Positions 50,813 to 63,632 of a stretch of 64,000 nt of DNA are shown one piece after another. The notes beneath the pieces were generated by a model. It worked only from the letters and a program-made list of their open reading frames with translations. It did no database searches and was not told the origin of the DNA. The stretch covers positions 44,950,001 through 45,014,000 of the forward strand of contig JANJGN010000016.1 of NCBI GenBank assembly GCA_026770705.1, read 5' to 3'. Source of the stretch: Isurus oxyrinchus. Taxonomy: Eukaryota. The number at the start of each line of letters is the position of its first letter. Within the stretch, counting starts at the first letter, position 1. Position numbers and translations under genes: made by a program.

Positions 50813-51513
50813 GGGAAAAATTATCCCCCCCAATGGGAGGGTTGAGTGGGGGTGGGTGGGGTGGGCGTGAACCTAATCAGTGCCCCCGATCAGGGCCGCG
50901 CCGCCATTTTACGTGGGCGGGCCAATTTAGGCCTGCCCAGCATGACACTCGTCCGGAAGCACTAAGCACTCCCTGTGTAGGCGGGGGGATTCCCTGAGTC
51001 ATTTCCTGTGCTCTTTCGTGCATGGAAGAGTGCAGAAATCTCCCTGAGTCACGGAGGTGCCTCAGGGAGGCTAGTTTGACATGTGTCACTTTAAATAAAG
51101 GAGAAAAAAAACTTTTAAAACATGTCCCCTCATGTGACACTGTCACCAAAGCTGGGACATGTCAAAGAATTAATGTAAAAATTCTAATTAGATGTTAAAA
51201 CACTTCATGAAACCTCATCCCGCCAGTGGATGAGGTTTCATGAAAAATACAAAGGCCGCCTGGGCTCTTCGCCTGCCCGCCAACATTAAGGTTGGACGGG
51301 CGGCTCATTTAATTGAGTTAATTAAGTTTTGAATGACCTTAGTGGGCCTTTGACAGATTGGCGGGTGTGTAGCCGACTTGGCTGCGCACCCGCCGAACTG
51401 AAAACCTAAGTGACGCGCAGTGACATCAGGATGCCCGCCTGACGTCACCGCCTATCATTTTACACGTTGGTAAGTGAGCCCCATCCCTGCTCACCAACTG
51501 GAGAATTCAGCCC
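50813..51513. mobile_element. Harbinger-type MITE (hairpin subfamily, inverted relative to 30298)
   Basis: TIRs gggaaaaatt / gaattcagccc; TSD ATT/ATT; hairpin tgaaacctcatcc-N7-ggatgaggtttca. Confidence 0.85.
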
Positions 51514-51549
51514 ATTGCCCTCTGGGGCAAGTGTGAGATAATAAATAAC

Positions 51550-54500
51550 ATTCTTTATTTTGAAACTCACAAAAAGGCTTGCTGCTGGAATTATTTAAAT
51601 TGGGACAACCACTCTGAGGGTAAGGAAATACACACTCACATAAAAAACACTGTTAACATGGAAAGTAAGGAACACACAGTGCATGAAAAATTGGGATCTG
51701 CAGTCTGGGATCAATCCATTGCAAACAGGTCAAATCAGACTTTATTGGAATTGGAAGGAGAAGGGCAAAGTAACATAAAGCCAAAATTGCTGAAACGAAA
51801 GGGATGACAGTAGTATGTTTTGTGAGTACTAACAATAGAAAATAAGAATGCTACTTTTGATGTGAAAGCATTTCTGCAAACAGGACTTGGCAAAAATTAA
51901 TGTCCCTAAAATTAGAACTAAAAGCCATAGCTAGGCAGGTAAAACTTAATATACAAAATGAATCATGGAGAACTGAGGGACTAAAAATGCTCCCTGAACA
52001 TCTCAGCCTCATTCCAGATTCGGAACAGATAGAAGAAGCAGAACCTGAAACAGACCAAGTTACCATTGCCAAAATTCGCCTAGAGCAGCGGAGTCTAGAA
52101 ATAGACTTTCAGGTAAGAGAGAGAGACAGAATTCCAGGAAAAAGAGAAAGAAAGGGAATTCCAAAAGAGACCAGGAGGAATGTGTTTTCTAGCTAGAAAA
52201 GCTTGGGAGAGAGTTACAGGCGAAGAAAGGTTGGGAACTGACACAGATTGCAGCTGCTAGGGAGAACCTGACTTTACCGAAACGTATTTCAATTACAACT
52301 AGACCAGAGATAAATTTTGATTTCCTAAAGCACTCCTGACTTGTCCTCAAGTTTGAAGGGGAGGATGTGGAAACCTTTTTTACATCGAGAAACTGGCAGC
52401 TCAATTACAATGGTCAGCAGAGTTTTGGACACCCTGAGCACAAGGTCATCTAGTCGGAAAAGCCCATTCGGCTTATTCCATGCTGCCTGTCAAGGTTTCT
52501 GCCAGTTATGATCAGATAAAGGCTGCTATTCTCAGTGCCTATTAACTCACACCCGAGGCATACCACCAACAATTCTGGAACTCCCAGTCAAAAATAATCC
52601 ACACAGACCTTCCTGGAATGAGCGAATTAAACAGCTAGCATTTGACCAGTAAGTCTTAGCTATAAATATTAACTGCACCTATGAAGGATTAAGAGAAATA
52701 ATACTGCTAGAGTTTTAAAATTGTTTCCCATACAGCCTCAAAACTCACATGGAGGAACAAAGGGTTTCCAAAGTCAGAGACATCGCTATCATGGCTGATG
52801 ATTATAATTTAACTCAAACTTCTAATCTAAAACATATTTAGATCCAGTAACTTTTACCAGTAAGGGAGAGATAGGAAGGAGGAAGATGGAACAGAAATAC
52901 ACTCCAGAGGAAAGGAGTGTAGAGAAAACCAATCAGATCAACCTTGAACTTCAGAAGGAAAGAACCTGAAAAGTAAATCAGCAGGTCCACAGCTTCCAGT
53001 ATGCAAGCTGGAGCACATAAAAGTAAAATGTTGGTTTGCCAAGAAACCAACAGGGGAACTAGGGTCAGAACTGTGTCCATAACCTTAAAAGTACCAAGCC
53101 CAGGCTCAAATGGGTTGAAGGCAGGATAAGATACCCACCAAGCCTTCCTGCTAAATAGGAAAATGACTCCTTTGCATAGCAAGCTCCAGAAAAATAAATA
53201 ACTATTTCTCAAGATATGGAGTGTGTTTTCAAATGCCGCTTGCAGTGAGGGTGGCTGATTTGCCACCCGAAAGCAGGACAAACACATAGCGCTAGTAAAA
53301 TGGCTTACTGGCACATGACTAAAGGTTCCTAGTAAAAAAATTTAAAAAGGTTAAGTGGGTCACCAGCGTAGTGACAGGTCGGGGTTATGCCGAACTTACC
53401 TAAGGTGGGGGGCGGGGTGGGGGGGGGGGGGGGGGGTGCGGTTTGGGAGGGTGGGGGGCTGGTGGTGGAGGTAGATCTATTTTTGGGAAATTACTTGGTG
53501 GTATCAGGTTGTGTGCTCAGTAGGTCAAGTACAGTCCATGGAGATTGGGGTAACAGAAGGGAACCAGAAAAATGCCATTCAGCTGCAGAGAGCTGAAGAA
53601 GCCCCTAGCATCCTACAGCAGCGATGGAACCAATAAGCAAAAGGGAAATAGAAGGAAAGCCAGAGGACTTTCTGGAGGCTAGGAGCGGGTCCAATGAGGT
53701 TAAGAGGGTAAGGATGAATGCCTACAGAGTAAAGAGGCCAAAACTGGACCATTAAAGTTTAAATAGGACGAGGAAAGGCCAGTGGAATTTAAAAGGAATG
53801 AAGGGTCTGAACCAGAGGTTTGGTTAGCAGACATCTTCTTTCAGACTGTAAATAGGGACAGAGAAAGTTCCCTAAACAGCAGACAGACAATGAGGAAGAC
53901 ACCACACCCAAGTGAAGAGCCAAGGGGTAGTGCAGCAGAAGCTGGCCAGCCACCTGCGGGAAGCAGAGTCCCAAAGGACATGGGGCAGATTGGGGATAAA
54001 CCCACCCCTAAAGTAACAGAAAAGAGGTAATCAATTTGTCTTGAGGCAATGCGAACTTGTGAAAGCCACAAGGGGAGTACAAGTGCAGTTAACACAGTAT
54101 TAACCACAAAGCCATCACAGAATTAGGTTCAAAACTTAAATCCAACTGAACCCAGCAGTTTGATCTCCAAGGTCACTGATGTTAAGGTGTGGGGGGAGAA
54201 CCCAGACACCCCACAGGAGAAACAATAAATCCCACACCATTACCCTAGAAATATGAATCCTCAATGGACCAGAATCTACATGATCAGACTGCTGGGCTGT
54301 GAAAGCAGCCATGAAAGGGTTAAGAGCTTTGCAGACATCACAACAAAACAGTCAGTGTAATTTACGTATTACAAGCTTTCAAACAAAATCCAGCCTGGTG
54401 AAACCTAACACGTCCCTAGGACATAGCATGGATTGAAAAATCATATATCTAGTAGATTTACCATTCCCACATTCTTGTGTAACATTAATCAACATTCACC

Positions 54501-55715
54501 AGATAACATGTAACTGGGGCTTGTAAGGAAAATGAACATGACAGAGGAACTGTAGCAGTATCAGATTAGTGTGTGTGGAAGTCCGAGTATGTATGAAGAT
54601 GTGAATGTGTACGTTTTTCTTTTGCTTTGCAAGGATGCCATGTAAAACTAAGCTCATCACAGGTTCCATTTTTTCCCTAGTGGAGGAATTCCCTATGTGG
54701 CTCTAGCACATTATGAACTTTCAGATTTACTTTAAATTTTTGAATAAAAACAGACTGTTAAAATGGTCACTGACAATGATGTGAGCTTTGGCAGTATCAG
54801 CTCCAGATAATCCTGGGACTCAAGCAAATACCCAATTACATATGGACATTCACAGCCATCCAGGAAATTCACGCATTCCATTGTTTATGGGCGGAATGTC
54901 AACAAAATGGCTGTAGCATTCCAGCTGACTCATCTTTCTGGTTCACTGTGGACAAAAGATGCTTGGAAATTCAAAGTGTGTTAGACGAATGGGAATGGAT
55001 CCCCATCGACCTCCCATTGTTTTATGATGGTCCCTCATCCAAATTCAGACTGGGTAAACTGCAAAGTGTAAAATGACAACACTGGAAGTTTATCAATCTA
55101 ACCATCCACTTTATTTGGACTTGTAAGATGTCACATGGGTGAGACAGCCATGTTTGTTGCCTGCTTTTAAAACAGCAAGAATCAGATCCATAGAGACAGA
55201 GAGACCATCAGAAAGCCATTGAACCAGTTGCAGACAACTAAGTTGCCAAGGCAATAAACAACAATATCTTGAAAGTGGGAGAAGAATTCCTACCAAAGTA
55301 TTCCAAATTCAAGTTCACCTGAGAACCAATATCCTAGAAATTCAACAGTAAGAAACCTCACAGTTTACTGAGGAACCTCTGTTTATAAGCCTTTCAGCTC
55401 AACTAAAAGCATCAACTCATCTAAGAAACTACAGGTCTGCCACAAAACAGAAACTGGGATAATTATACATTGCAATCATATTTTTTTCTCTTCATCTGCA
55501 TCTGGTTCTGGTATGAGTGAAAGTGTATGTAAGTTGAACAAGGGAGATCTAGCATTTTTAAACCTCTGTGGGATAACAAATAGCCTTCTTTATTTTAAAA
55601 CTCACAAAAAGGCTTGCTGCTGGAATTTTTAAATTGGGACATCGACTCTGAGAGTAAAAAATACTTGCATCTCACACACAAAACACTGTGATCATGGAGA
55701 GTAAAAATACATAGA
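51550..55715 (+). mobile_element. Decayed Gypsy (Gmr1-like) LTR element with SCAN-like gag; pol not recognisable
   Basis: Direct repeat 51550-51676 / 55585-55713 (LTR end); degenerate tRNA-Pro-like PBS ~51692; gag motifs LVGKAHSAYSML..YDQIKAAILSAY.LTPEAYHQQF..LREIILLE..IMADDY; PPT-like agtggaggaa ~54680. Confidence 0.75.
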
Positions 55716-55731
55716 ATTCTGCCCATTACAG

Positions 55732-56994
55732 TGTTATAAATACCTAGTTTATGGTTCATAGTAATATTGTAGAGGTAATTTTTAATTCTGGGAAGACTAA
55801 AGTAAACTGTAGAAAATGGGATAAACCCAACTAAAGCAGCTTCAAGGTTATGAAGCTTAAAAGTTGGGGGCATGTTGACTTAAGGGGCTTAACAGCTAGA
55901 AAAGTAAGGTCATAAAACAGCAAGTGGGCTTACTTAGTTAGAGGCGACTATACTGCTTGCAAAGAAATGCATCCCAGAGAGTTTTTTTGGAGGGAGTTAA
56001 AGCTACAATTAATTTAAATGCATTCAGCAAGCACCAGAAGACTATATTATCATAGATATGGATGGAGCTTAAGAAAATTCTAGGGTTTCAATTTATCTGT
56101 GTGTTTGTTGGGGAATTAAGTGTTCGGCAGCAGAGGGAAAGGCCACAGTGAAAAGGTATCACCTTTAGCAGGCTCCAGGCAGCCAAGATGTTGCTGTTGG
56201 GTAGATCTGTGGGCTCATAAGTTCTGGGGCGCCATTTGGTGACTCTGTGCAGTTAGGGCTCAGGAGAAGTCCTGGGGAGCTGAGAGGGTGGCACGCAGAA
56301 GGTCACTTCATGCTAGAAAGAGTTAGGACTCAGAAGAAGCCCTTTCATTTATAGCTTGGTGTAGCTGGAGAGGTTGGAGTTTGGTGAAATCCAAGGCCAG
56401 TGCCAGCCCAGTGAAGCTAGCGGACCATTAAAGAGCTGAAGTTGCACCAGTATATAGATGCTGGAGAACAGACTCAGAAATCCAAAGGAACAGAGTCTCG
56501 GGTGATGAGATCGAAAACCTGGGAGATGTGCAGTTGTTGATGTTATCTGAGTTGGAATGGCTTTGCGAGAACTCAGATGCCTGATTTTCAAAAGTGAAAA
56601 GTTTGAAGTCCCTTGTGAGGGAGACAGAGTTTCAGCAAAATTGGTTGACTAACGGTATTTATTGATGTCTGAGTGGGTTGCTGAAAAATCCATGGTCACA
56701 TTTGCTATTTAATGTACAGTGTGGAGTGTTGGACCACAGTTCACCTATTAATTCATATACCGCATGCTCTAATATTCAGGGTTAAGATAAGATAGATATT
56801 GTAAATTATTTTATCTTTTTGACCTTGTATAGTAAAGGTAATTTTTGCTTGTTCAAAACCCGTGAAACCTTGTGACTTTATTCTCTTGGCAAGTGTCTTG
56901 AATCTCAAACTCTCCCTGCTTTAAACAGCAAGTTATTGGTCCCTAACCAGATTGTACCAAAGACTTGGGGGTCTTGTCTAGGATCATAATAACA
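55732..56994 (+). mobile_element. Possible solo LTR of another family
   Basis: Begins TGTTA, ends ttgggggtcttgtctaggatcataataACA; no TSD seen. Confidence 0.35.
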
Positions 56995-57005
56995 TCTACA
57001 TAAGG

Positions 57006-59338
57006 AGATCCAACCCCAACATTGTCATCAAACTCACTGACAAGGGTGGTGCTATTGTTGTCTGGCGCACTGACCTCTACTTCGCGGAGGCTGAGCGTCA
57101 ACTCACAGATACTTCCTCCTACCTCTCCCTGTACCATGACCCCACCACTGAACATCAAGCCATTGTTTCCAGGACTGTCACTGACCTCATCCCCTCTGGA
57201 GATCTTCCTCCCACAGCTTCCAACCTGATAATCGCCCAACCTCGGACGGCCCGCTTCTACCTCCTACCCAAAATCCACAAACAGAACTGCCCCGGTAGAT
57301 CGATCGTGTCAGCTTGGTCCTGCCCCACAGAACTCATTTCTTGTTATCTTGACTCCCTTCTCTCTCCCCTTGTCCAGTCCCTTCCCACCTACATCCGTGA
57401 TTCCTCTGACACCTTACGTCACATCAACAATTTCCAGTTCCCTGGACCCAAACGCTTCCTCTTCACCGTGGACGTCCAATCCCTCTACACCTCCATCCCC
57501 CACCAGGATGGTCTGAGGGCCTTTAGCTTCTTCCTCAAACAAAGGCCCAAACAATCCCCATCCACCACTACTCTCCTCCGTCTGGCTAAACTTGTTCTCA
57601 CACTGAACAATTTCTCCATTAACTCCTCTCACTTCCTCCAAACAAAAGGTGTGGCAATGGGTACCTGCATGGGCCCCAGCTATGCCTGTCTCTTTATGGG
57701 GTATGTGGAACATTCCTTGTTCCAGTCCTACTCCGGCCCCCATCCACAATTCTTTCTCCAGTACATCGATGATTACTTCGGTGCCGCTTCATGCTCTCGT
57801 TGGGACTTGGAAAAATTTATTAATTTTGCTTCCAATCTCCACCCCTCCATCATTTTCACATGGTCCATCTCTGACACTTCCCTTCCCTTCCTTGACCTGT
57901 CTGTCTCAATCTCTGGTGATAGACTGTCCACCAATATCCATTACAAGCCTATCGACTCCCACAGCTACCTCGACTACAGCTCCTCACACCCCGCTTCCTG
58001 TAAGGACTCCATTCCATTCTCTCAGTTCCTTCGCCTCCGTCGCATCTGTTCCGATGACGCTACCTTCAAAAACAGTTCCTCTGACATGTACTCCTCCTTC
58101 CTTAACCGAGGTTTTCCACCCACGGTCGTTGACAGGGCCCTCAACCGTGTCCAGCCCATCTCCCGCGCATCCCCCCTCACACCTTCTCCTCCCTCCCAGA
58201 AACATGATAGGGTCCCCCTTGTCCTCACTTATCACCCCACCAGCCTCCGCAATCAAAGGATCATCCTCCGCCATTTCCACCAACTCCAGCATGATGCCAC
58301 CACCAAACACATCTTCCCTTCACCCCCCCGGCAGCATTCCATAGGGATCGTTCCAACTGGGACACCCTGGTCCACTCCTCCATCACCCCCTACTCCTCAA
58401 CCCCCACCTATGGCACCTCCCCATGCCCACGCAAAAGATGCAACACCTGCCCCTTCACTTCCTCTCTCCTCACCGTCCAAGGGCCCAAACATTCCTTTCA
58501 GCATTTCACTTGCATTTCCCCCAACTTAGTCTACTGCATTCGTTGTTCCCAATGTGGTCTCCTCTACATTGGAGAGACCAAACGTAAACTGGGCAACCGC
58601 TTTGCAGAACACCTGCAGTCTGTCCGCAAGAATGACCCAAACCTCCCTGTTGCTTGCCATTTTAACACTCCAGCCTGCTCTCTTGCCCACATGTCTGTCC
58701 TTGACTTGCTGCATTGTTCCAGTGAAGCCCCATGCAAACTGGAGGAACAGCACCTCATCTTCCAACTAGGCACTTAACAGCCTTCCGGACTGAATATTGA
58801 ATTCAACAACTTTAGATCTTGAACTCCCTCCTCCATCCCCACCCCCTTTCTGTTTCCCCCCTTCCTTTTGTTTTTTCCAATAATTTATATGGATTTTTCT
58901 TTTCCCATCTATTTCCATTATTTTTAAATCTTTTATGCCCTGATAGCCTTTCCACCCCACCCCCACTAGAGCTGTACCTTGAGTGCCCTACCATCCATTC
59001 TTAATTAGCACATTCGTTTAGATAATATCACCACCTTCGACGCCTCTGTGTTCTTTTGTTCTTTTGTCTGTGACATCTTTTGATTATCTGCTCCTATCAC
59101 TGCTTGCTTGTCCCTACAACCACACCACCCCCCCACCCCCACTTCTCTCCCCCTGTCCCACCTTAAACCAGCTTATATTTCACCCTTTTCCTAAGATTCA
59201 CTCAGTTCTGTTGAAGGGTCATGAGGACTCGAAACGTCAACTCTTTTCTTCTCCGCCGATGCTGCCAGACCTGCTGAGTTTTTCCAGGTAATTCTGTTTT
59301 TGTTTTGGATTTCCAGCATCTGCAGTTTTTTGTTTTTA
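57006..59338 (+). mobile_element. 5'-truncated Penelope-like element (RT + Cys linker + GIY-YIG endonuclease + 3' terminal repeat)
   Basis: DKGGAIVVW; FYLLPKIHK; DVQSLYTSIPH; GVAMGT; YIDD; CPRKRCNTC; VYCIRCSQCGLLYIGETKR..RFAEH; GLN; ends at TGA 58822; frameshift and stop near the 3' end. Confidence 0.95.
59204..59242 (+). ncRNA. Minimal type I hammerhead ribozyme motif in the PLE 3' terminal repeat
   Basis: AGTT CTGTTGA A GGGTC atgag GACTC GAAA C GTC AACT: stem I AGTT/AACT, stem II, GAAA box, palindromic ACGU stem III, GUC triplet; core differs from CUGANGA at one position. Confidence 0.75.
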
Positions 59339-59339
59339 T

Positions 59340-59575
59340 AGGTAGATCTGGGTGTTCCAAACATACACATGGAACCTGAAATTTTGATTTTTGATGATGC
59401 TGTCGAGAGGTAGAATGATGTTGAGAAATAGAAGGATGCCAAGGAATCTTTGGAGTCCTCTGGCGGTAACAGTTTGGGAGCAGCAAGAGAAACCATTGTA
59501 AATTACTCTTTGGAATGAAAAAATAAGAATGGAACCAGGAGAAGGCAGTGCCACCCAGTTGAACAATGGAGGCAG
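59340..59575 (-). mobile_element. L2 RT fragment
   Basis: LLPPEDSKDSLASFYFSTSFYLSTASSK; decayed GVPQGSxLGPLLF-like region. Confidence 0.5.
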
Positions 59576-59799
59576 CAATTGTTAAACTGAAATGTGTGAC
59601 TCAATTTGTAGTTAAATCCATTGTGACTGGAAGCTTGGATGGACTATTCTCAGGCAATTCCTTCACTTTTAAAGAATTTCTTTACTCCTTTCTCTAACCT
59701 TCCCCATCCCAGATTTACATCTTTCTCCACCATACACTATTTCTGCTCAAGAGGTGAGGTAGGTTAGCTTTTGCTGGATCTCTTTCAATAATGAAAGAT

Positions 59800-60248
59800 G
59801 TGCAATTATCTAAAGCTTTCCACAACTTCAGGACCCCCCAGTGTTTTTTTTCAGCCAATAAGATATTTTTTGAAATGTATTGCTGTAATTTAGGAAATAC
59901 AGCATTGAAGTTGCATTCAGCATGGTCCACAAACAGAGATGTAGTAATGACCAGCTAATCTGTTTTAGTGATGTTAATTAAAGAATAAATATTGGCTAGC
60001 ACACCAGGGAGAACTCCCCTGCTCTTCTTCAAATAGTTCCATGTGTTCATTTATGTCCATCTGACAGGACAGACTGGACCTCACTTTAACTTCTCATCAG
60101 GAATACAGTACTTTTCACAGCGCAACATATGGTCAGTACTGCCCTCAAATGTCAGTCTTGATTACAAGCTTAAGTCTCTGCAGTGGGACTTGAACCCACA
60201 ACATTCTGACTTAAGGGAGAGTGTTACCCACTGAGCCATGGCTGACAC
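59800..60248 (-). mobile_element. Deu-domain SINE, near full length
   Basis: Deu core plus head gggacttgaacccacaac.ttctgact..gagagtgttacccactgagcca. Confidence 0.8.
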
Positions 60249-61156
60249 TCAACCATCAGTTACCGGGAGATTCAAATAGTACATTCGTCACTTGATTATT
60301 AAGAGAATTGCAGTGTGATGTAAAATCTATTCTTTTACAAGTGCTTGTCACCATTCACCCTCTAAAAGGAAAGCATGTTCAAATGCAACATGATGTCAAT
60401 GAGAATAAGTTCAAATATTCTCAGCCAATTTGCAATTCATTTATCCTCCTTAATTCTCCTCCTCCTTTAGGTACATGCCTTAGGCGAACATGGACTTCCA
60501 TTGGATTGGTCCATATACTTGGCTAAGTACAGCAGTGGTTTGTCATTGCCTTCTACAGTATGCTGACTAGGAAACTCTCCCACTCTTACTGCCCACCATC
60601 AGGTGTATTGGAAGGATTAACTCATTAATAATCAATCAGTTTGGCCATGTTATGAACACATCTTTCTTAGCCATCAAATCCTGAAGTGAGACTTGAATCC
60701 AGAGCTTCTGGCCCGAGATCGGTGCCACAAGGCTCCCCATCTCTTCTTAGTAGATGTGCTAAAAATACGTGTAAAACTTTCAGCTATTCTGCTTTTCCGA
60801 GGATCACCAAATCCTTATGACATTATTGTAGCTATGGAGTCATGTGGGAGGGTCAAGAGTTGATGCTGCGCATGAGAAGAAATGCTTAGCATAGCACTAA
60901 TTCTTCTTTCCAATTTAAATTGCTACCTTGTCATTTTGATTAATTCATGGCATCTGTATTTTGTATCGCACTGTGGCCCAGAACCTTAACCTAAAATTAT
61001 ACAAGAACACACAGAAGTAAACAAATGCCAGTATTGGATTGTTCTCAAAGAGTTACTGACAGGGAAACTAGGAAAGCAGGCAATCTATACCCTGATGTAA
61101 ATACATTGTAATCTCTTCAGTGTGGAATGCTTAGGACCAAGACATTTCTGGATGAA

Positions 61157-61452
61157 GGAGATGGTGTAGTAGTAATGCCACTAGACTAACATTCCAGAGG
61201 CCTAGACTAATGCTCTAGGGACTTGGGTGCAAATCCCACCATGGCAGCTGGTGGAATTTAAACTCAATTAATAAATTTAGAAATAAAAAGCTTGGCTTGA
61301 CTTAGCAATGGTGACCATGACAACTATCATCAATTGTCTAGTTCACTAACCTCCTTTAGAGAAGGAAATCTGCCATCCTTACCCAGTATAGCCTACATGT
61401 GTTTGACTCTGAAACGGCCAGCAAGTTAATCAGTTCAAGGGCAATTAGGACA
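61157..61452 (+). mobile_element. tRNA-derived SINE with a LINE-family-B-type tail
   Basis: A-box-like ggtgtagtagt, B-box-like gggtgcaaatccc, core gttcactaac.tccttta.agaaggaaatctgccatcctta, tail ttcaagggcaattagg. Confidence 0.75.
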
Positions 61453-62929
61453 AGTATGTGAACTGGAAAACACCTTATATATAAATATTTAACTGAAACA
61501 TAAAACAATATTTAAAAAAAAGTGTACCACATTAAGGAGGAGTTAAATGTTCATTATCTTTACAGAACTTTCTCGATTTGTTACAGCATTTGAACAGTCG
61601 AGTGTGAGTCAATGAGTTGATTGAGTCTGCTCAAAAAACTTCTGGTCAACTGGTGTTTCTGAACAATACATTTCCAGACTGGAGAGGTTCCAGTGTAATC
61701 AAATTCCCTATTGAGCAGCCATATTAGTTTTTTAATTGTGACATTATAAAGAGAAAGACCAATGCATCTACATTACCCATTGAGATATCCCCCAACTAAA
61801 TTTCCAATTCATGTAGTCCGTTGTAGGTTGGCACTTCTTAGTTCATGGGATATGGAAAATGTTTGGCCTTGAGAAAGAAAAATCTGACCACGATATGAAA
61901 GAACTACTGTGGGGCAGGAATACCCATGGTAGAATTGAGTGGCAATTGATACTGATAACCCAGCCTGTTTTCTCAGCTTTATGTATTTTATGCACTGTGA
62001 CTCACAAAAGGCAACAAAGAGATGTGCTTTAACAAATAGCTAACTCTTTTCTGGTCAAGTTGAGGTGAGAGTGTAATGATCGCTTCCAGTGTGGTTATTG
62101 AAAAGTTGACATTTAAGTCAATTGACAGTATCTTATTTGATTGTTTTAGCTTTAGCAGTTATGGAAAGCAGTGAAAGCCAAAATACCCATTTTATAATGT
62201 ATATTTCATGTTCTTTCTAAAATGTTTCAAAGTTGCAGCTCTAGAATTCCACTTGAGGCATTGATATAAACCACAGGTGATAAGGTTTCCTGATATATTC
62301 CTGCTTTTATTTCATATGATTCAAAATTTTACTTGCTCAATGTAAAACAAATCAATCGGATATTTAGATTATGAGGAGAGTCCCATCTGTACTACCTTTT
62401 GTACAGAAAGAAGAGGATGCAAGTCTATTCAGGTAGCACGTTGCAACCTCAAAACTTGCCACACAGAATTCTGTTATGTAGTTGTAACTCAAACTCAGTG
62501 GCACCACAAAGAGGAAACATTGAGTGAACAGCAGACACTGGCCAATAGAGAGGGAGGGAAAGCTCTTGTACATGATTAAGCTGCATAGGTGAAGGCCTGT
62601 GAACCAGTTAGCCACTTTCTTGACAGATGGTTTTTCTCAAGCTTAGATGGCCCAGTAAAGAGAAAAGAAAATACCTCAACAAAATTATGCAAAAGCATGT
62701 GCTCAAGGCATCTTGACCAGGGCTAGGAAGAAATCTCCACTCCCTTGATTACCTGACAGAGATGTGTAGTAATTTTTCGGACATATGTTGTACTCCAGCA
62801 TGCATTTACAAGCTCAGGTGTGAAGCATTGAAACAGAAGGTAGTCTTAGCAAAATCACATAGTTAGCAGTACAAAAATCAAGGAATGATCTGCTGAATCA
62901 GTGCATAGTACAACAGAATTAGACACAAT

Positions 62930-63629
62930 GGGCAACATTCCCCCCCCGACCCCCCACCATTGGGGGGAAGTGCGAGAGCGGGCGGGCTTCCAATCAACGC
63001 CCCCGGTTGGGGGTGCGCCGCCATTTTACATGGGTGGGCCAATTAAGGCCCACCCAGCGTGACATGCACCGGGAAGTGCTATGCGCTCCCTGTGTGGCTG
63101 GGGGGTGGGGGTGGAGGGGGTGGTGGGATTCCCTGAGCCGGAAAGAGCGCACAGATCTCCCTGAGGTAAAGTGCTGCCTCAAGGCTATTGGCTCCGACTT
63201 AAAACTTTTAATAAACATCTTTAAAATTTTTCCCTGCCATGGGCCCACGTGTGACAGTGTCACGAGTTGGGACATGTCCATAACATTTATTGTAAAATAT
63301 TCTGTATTTTTAAAATCCCTCATGATACCTCATCCCACTGGTGGATGAGATTTCATGTTTTTTCACAAGCCAGCCTGGGCTCTCGGCCTACCCACCGACC
63401 TTAAGGCTGGACGGGCAGGTCCATTAATGAGTTCAATTGGTTTTTTTAATGGCCTTAAAAGGCCGTTGACAGGTCAGCAGGCGTGCAGCTGACTCGGATG
63501 CCCGCCTGCCGAACTGACAATCTAAATGACGCGGAGTGACATCAGGACACACGCCCGACGGTACCCCGTGTCAGTTTACGCGTCGGCAAGCGGGACCCAC
63601 CCTCGCTCGCCAACCTGAAGTTGCTGGTC
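62930..63629. mobile_element. Harbinger-type MITE (same orientation as 50813)
   Basis: gcgccgccattttac.tggg.gggccaatt.aggcc shared with 50898-50934; degenerate TIRs. Confidence 0.85.
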
Positions 63630-63632
63630 TAT

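Noticed and set aside
57414-58773. Several overlapping antisense and alternate-frame ORFs in the Penelope element
   Set aside because: Expected by-product of the C-rich codon bias of the RT ORF
60180-60245. tRNA gene
   Set aside because: It is the tRNA-derived head of a SINE; no complete cloverleaf
62364-62870. Coding-looking stretch and 83-aa ORF
   Set aside because: No recognisable domain; multiple stops in all frames
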